From Amoebophrya sp. A120 (lineage: Eukaryota; Protista; Dinoflagellata), in the NCBI GenBank assembly GCA_905178155.1, contig CAJINV010000004.1:11373804-11437803 (forward strand): 64,000 nt of DNA, read 5' to 3'. Shown here one piece after another: positions 59,648-64,000 of this stretch (its first letter is position 1; each line of letters begins with the position of its first letter). The notes below the pieces were generated by a model that was given only the letters and a program-made list of their open reading frames with translations, made no database searches and was not told the DNA's origin. The translations under genes and the position numbers were made by a program.

Positions 59648-62013
59648 TTACTTTTATCTGTAGATGTCGCCCGGTTCCTTTTTTTCCGCTGTTGTTTGTC
59701 TCGCTTTCGTCGATATGAAAACGGGTGCGTGGTCGTCCTCCTCCAGCTTCTTGCGGCGAGTCGTTCTCGGTCCCAGTAATGATGAAGCCAGTTTGGTGCT
59801 TGGCCCAGCCTTCTATGCACCTAGTTGTCGAGATCGTTATTCCGGGAGCAACGTTCTAGCGTTTACAGTCGTGGCCGATTTCTTTGCGGACGCGTATCTT
59901 ACTAAGTGAAGCTACAGATGTGCACTGTTTTTTTCTTTTTGAATAAGTAAACCGATGTCTTTCGCGCTGTCCTACTTTTCCCTTCGACTGGTGGCGAGAT
60001 TGGTTTTAATCTAGTATTGTAAATGACAGGTCGGTGAGCTATATCGCACGTTGAAAAACGCACAAAGGAAAAGGACGTGCTACGCTTACTATCGCTCCAC
60101 TTGTCCTTGACAACAGCTCTTTCGCACACAGAAGAAGATCGCGGCCGCCCACATCCACGCAGAAACATGGCAAAGACGATAGAAACATGGACTTTTCATA
60201 ACGCACCACTTCAAGAACACAGAGACCAACATCCTAGCACGATGCTCTTAATACTGAGGCCCTTCTCAGCGTCAGGGCCTTCTCGCATCGCGTCGGGTGA
60301 TGTTGCCGCGCTGGGAGAGCTCCGCGTGGTCTGCTTGATTGGAAATGGTTCTAGGATATCAAATTAGAAACTTCATCAAGGTCTTCGTCGGGTCCTCCTT
60401 ATTGCCACGACCTAGAAATTTCGATTGTACTTGTTTTGTGATTTCAACTGAATATTCGACTTTTCAATATTGACGAGCGCCATGTAATTTCGAACTTGCG
60501 TCATACACCCTGACTACACCACAAGCAGGAAACTCAATGCGCTCCAGCACCTGGGTCATCTTTCCTTTTTGTTCGAAAGAATTCTTGGCTTGAAAGCCAA
60601 GTCTAATTGCTCATTTACGCCTTTTTTTCTATTCTATCTTCCTTGTCTTCCTTTAACTAGTCTTACAAGTTCACTTCATAAAAAGAGCGGTCTTGAAAGA
60701 TTTCTGATCTGAGAGGGGATGTCGAAGCAACGCAAAACAACTCCCACAGCCCCAGATTCTTCATAGCTGCAATCACAGCGAGCTTGCTACACTACAATCT
60801 TTTCGCCCTGAAGATGCCAGCAATCCTTACCTCCACTGGTGGTTCATCTCTTCTATTATTTCGTTTGAGTATTTTTAATGTAGCGCGTCGTGCTGAAAAT
60901 GTGTACATAAACTGGAGCGAGCACCTGAGGTGTTCCAACAGTTCGTACGCACTTGCAGCACTTCGTCCCATGGTGTCGGATGTGTTCTGCCGTATAAAAA
61001 TCCATCTGGTAGGACTCGTCGTGCCATAATTCGTATTATCGTAATTCGATTCGTGATGCATGGTGAAACGCATTTCTTAGTGTCGCCGCGCTCCTCCATT
61101 CAATTTCAAGCATGAATACTGTAGAAGTTGTTATGACAGCCATAGGAGTCTTACCTTGAACTTTCGGATAATTACTGCTCGCGCTTGAAGAATTCATTCT
61201 GGTAGAAGTTTTTCCAAATCTAAATAACGGCATCAAGGACTCTTTCTGCTAGAAGTTAGAGCTGAAAAAAGTTCACAGGTTGCGATCGCATGATGGAGCA
61301 ATGCATCTCGGCCCCAATCAGGGCAGTAGACACACACGCCATCGTGTCTATTCATTTTTAGGTTCGATACTATACGACGCATGACATATGTGATTTAGAT
61401 TTTTGATTCGAAGAGAGTAATTAAAAGCTGCTTCGCAGAGTCGCTCCCAGAGAACAGCAGGCTGCTTCAAAAGACCGACTCACGAAGCAGCAGTTGGCAG
61501 CCAATTAAAATAGAGCTATTTTCAACAATCGCCAAGAAGAAATCAGAAATAATGTGAATATTTTCGTACAATAAATTGGCTAAAACAGTTCTCAACAGAT
61601 ATTAATAAGAGCTAAAACTTCATCGATGAAACAGGTTTGATGAAATCGAAATTGGATTGCTAGGAATAGGTATCTATAGGAGCGCTTCAAGTTTTGTTAC
61701 AACCAAATACCACCCGGCGGCGCAGCTTTCTCAACATGATGCGGAGCACCGCACAGAAATAATACACCGACCGGGATCAACTACTGTAAAGTCGAATATT
61801 CTGCTACAGGAAAATTGGCTCCCTATTGAATCATCTTCAGTATGAATCTGTAAATGAGCAAAGCGCTGTCGACACCACCAGAGTGCGTGCTTTAGTACCA
61901 CCTGTTTGTGGTGCCACCAGTAATTCTACTTGTTCTCCGATCTTCCGTATTAAACAGTAAAACCATAAATAAGTATGATCTGACCACCGGATAAAAGGAA
62001 ATCAGAAGATTTT

Positions 62014-63850
62014 TTAGTAAAGTTCCAGGTTGTACCGTCCCTCGTGGTGCATGTCCTCGACGTACTCGTCCGCCTTTTCCTTGTCGTATTTTCCCGTGGC
62101 CATGACCGCTTTCTTGATCGCGTTCTCCACGTCGATCTCGAGCTGTCCGGCCTGGCCGCAGAGGTAGAAGTACCCCTCGTTCTCCACCAGGTCCTTGTAC
62201 AACTCGTTCGGCACCTCGCTCATCCGCGTCTGAACGTAGATTTTCTCCTTCTGATCGCGGGAGAAAGCCGGGCGAAGCTCGGTCAGAATCCCGTCCTTCT
62301 CGTACTGGTACAGTTCGTCCGCGAAACAGAAGTCCTTCGCCTTGTAGCGGCAGCCGTAGAACAGCCACATCGGCCCGGTTTCTTTGTTCATGGTCTCCCG
62401 CCACCACCGCCACTCCTGCAAAAACCCGCGGAAGGGCGCCAGCCCCGTTCCCAACCCGGTCATGATCATCGGCGTCCGCGTGTCCTGCGGAAAGTTGAAG
62501 GTCCCGTTGGTCAAGCCAACCGGGAACATTTGCTGGTTCACGAGATGGGGGTCGGAGTCGGTTTCACACCGGTGGATGTAGTCGGTATTCAACCCGATCC
62601 GCTGCTTCCCCGACGGCGTCTCCCAGTCGTTCACCACAATCATCAATTCCACGTGGTCCGGCATGAACCGCGGCGAGCTGGCGATGGAGTACAGGCGCGG
62701 TTTCACGCAGGGGATCATGGAGATCAGGTGCTCGAGCGGGGGGTGCGCAGATTTAAACTTGTTCAAAACATCAACGTAGGTGACCGTTTCGTCCGCCATC
62801 GCCTTGTAGGCCTTTTTCCCCTCCTCGCTGTCCTCGATCAGCAGTTGCAATTCCTTCTTCTCCTTTTCGTCCGTCGCGAATCTTGCCAAGTTCTTGTAGA
62901 AGTGCTTGTTCGGCCGCCCCAGAATGTCAATGATCTCCGTGAACATCTGCATCACAGTCAACGGCCGGCGGAACGCCATCGCTTTCCTTTTGTCGACCTC
63001 GGTTGTGGGCAACACCTTGAAACAAGTCGTAAAGTCAAAGTTCGATTCTCCCGGCTTGCCGAGGTAGTTGTTCAGGAAGTCCTTCACCCTTTCCGGGTCG
63101 TTTTTCGGGTAGATGCTCATCGCGTCCCCGAGCAGAAAGTTGTAATCCGTGTTCTTCCGGTCAAACCGAATGTGGTAGATGATGCGGTCAAAATCCGCTG
63201 GTGTGATCCGCTTGCAAAATTCCATCGTCAGCATCTTCGTGCTTGGCGCCATCACCGGCTGGTAGGTCCAGGGCTCGGGTTCCGGTTGCAGTTCGAAGCT
63301 GGGATTCGGGATCAAATCCGCATCGGGTTCTTCGGTTGCGTTGTAGTGCTGCCAGAACTTCGGGAGCCACTCTTCGAACGCGGTCTCGTACTTGTCGTCG
63401 TCCTGGTCGTTCCCCATCCCGGTCTCGATGATGGGCGTGGCGCCGAGCTCCACGAACCGCTTCTCGATGTCCAGGACGGCTTTGTTGAAGTGCCGGTAGG
63501 AAGTGTCCCCTAAGCCGAAGGAAGAGAGCTTCATGTTCTTCAGCGGCTGGGTCTCTTCGGACCCGGATAACAGCGCGGGGTCGTTGATGAACTCCCAGAA
63601 GGAGTCCGCGGTCTGCGGCATATCGCCCTCACCCGCGGTGCTGCACATCAGCATGACGTGCTCGCGGTTTTCCAGGTCGGAAATGTCCGCGATTTCGTTC
63701 AGTTCCATCAATTCGACCAAAAAGCCCCGTGCGCGCATCATGTCCGCGGTTCGCTGCGCCAAGTCGGATGTGTTCCCCGTGTCGGTCCCGACCAGAATCG
63801 TGACGTTTTCCCGCGCGGACGCGTTGTCCGCATCGTTCTTTCCCCGGGAT
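62014..63850 (-). CDS. Diflavin (FMN/FAD/NADPH) reductase region, CPR-like; possibly the C-terminus of pyruvate:NADP+ oxidoreductase; 5' part lies outside the window
   Basis: Flavodoxin motifs ILVGTDTGNT, CSTAGEGD and FGLGDTSYRHFN; FNR motifs PRLYSIASS, GLGTGLAPFRGF, LFYGCR, AFSRDQKEKIYVQ and YLCG. Confidence 0.88.
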
Positions 63851-64000
63851 TATCAAATGCAAAAATGTCTGGGTCTGGAAGGGTGCAACTTGTCATGCTA
63901 AATCTGAATCTTACAAAAGTCTGTGTTGCATGAGTGCCAAGAGCTGTCCACTTTCGAGCACGTTGGGAGGGAGTTTCTCATGCAGGATAGGTATGGCAGA
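63851..64000. mobile_element. Family A introner, truncated by the window end
   Basis: TATCAAATGCAAAAATGTCTGGGTCTGGAAG directly abuts the reductase exon. Confidence 0.85.

Noticed and set aside
62044-63513. 489-aa plus-strand ORF
   Set aside because: It is the antisense shadow of the diflavin reductase exon.
12018-63881. Recurring ~30-bp sequence as a CRISPR repeat
   Set aside because: It occurs as inverted pairs about 250 bp apart and is dispersed, not as direct repeats with uniform spacers. No cas genes are present and the context is eukaryotic.

Overview
This is eukaryotic genomic DNA, most likely from an alveolate of the dinoflagellate/Syndiniales group, resembling Amoebophrya. That assignment is inferred from the Rab11B-type GTPase, the single-strand gene arrangement and the intron style. 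About 13 genes can be read, all on the minus strand: two giant secreted Cys-rich repeat proteins, a conserved secreted hypothetical protein, a glycosyltransferase-like protein with a Zn knuckle, a CHORD protein, a WG-rich protein, a membrane protein, an alpha-nAChR-like Cys-loop channel, a SAMHD1-like HD hydrolase, a PAN-like type I membrane protein, Rab11B and a diflavin reductase (PNO/CPR-like). The dominant feature is about 50 MITE-like insertions, mostly 150-490 bp. They have TAT...ATA termini, belong to several terminal inverted repeat (TIR) families, carry 5-bp flanking direct repeats (DRs) and lie almost only inside coding sequence. Removing an element plus one DR copy restores frame and conserved motifs, so they behave as non-canonical introns (introners) or as DNA-excised elements. 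Diverged DR pairs point to a fixed 4|1 junction register. Nested elements, long flanking duplications, a MULE-like MITE with a 62-bp perfect palindrome and a probable Copia 5' end are also present. All gene models and coordinates were traced by hand and need RNA-seq confirmation.
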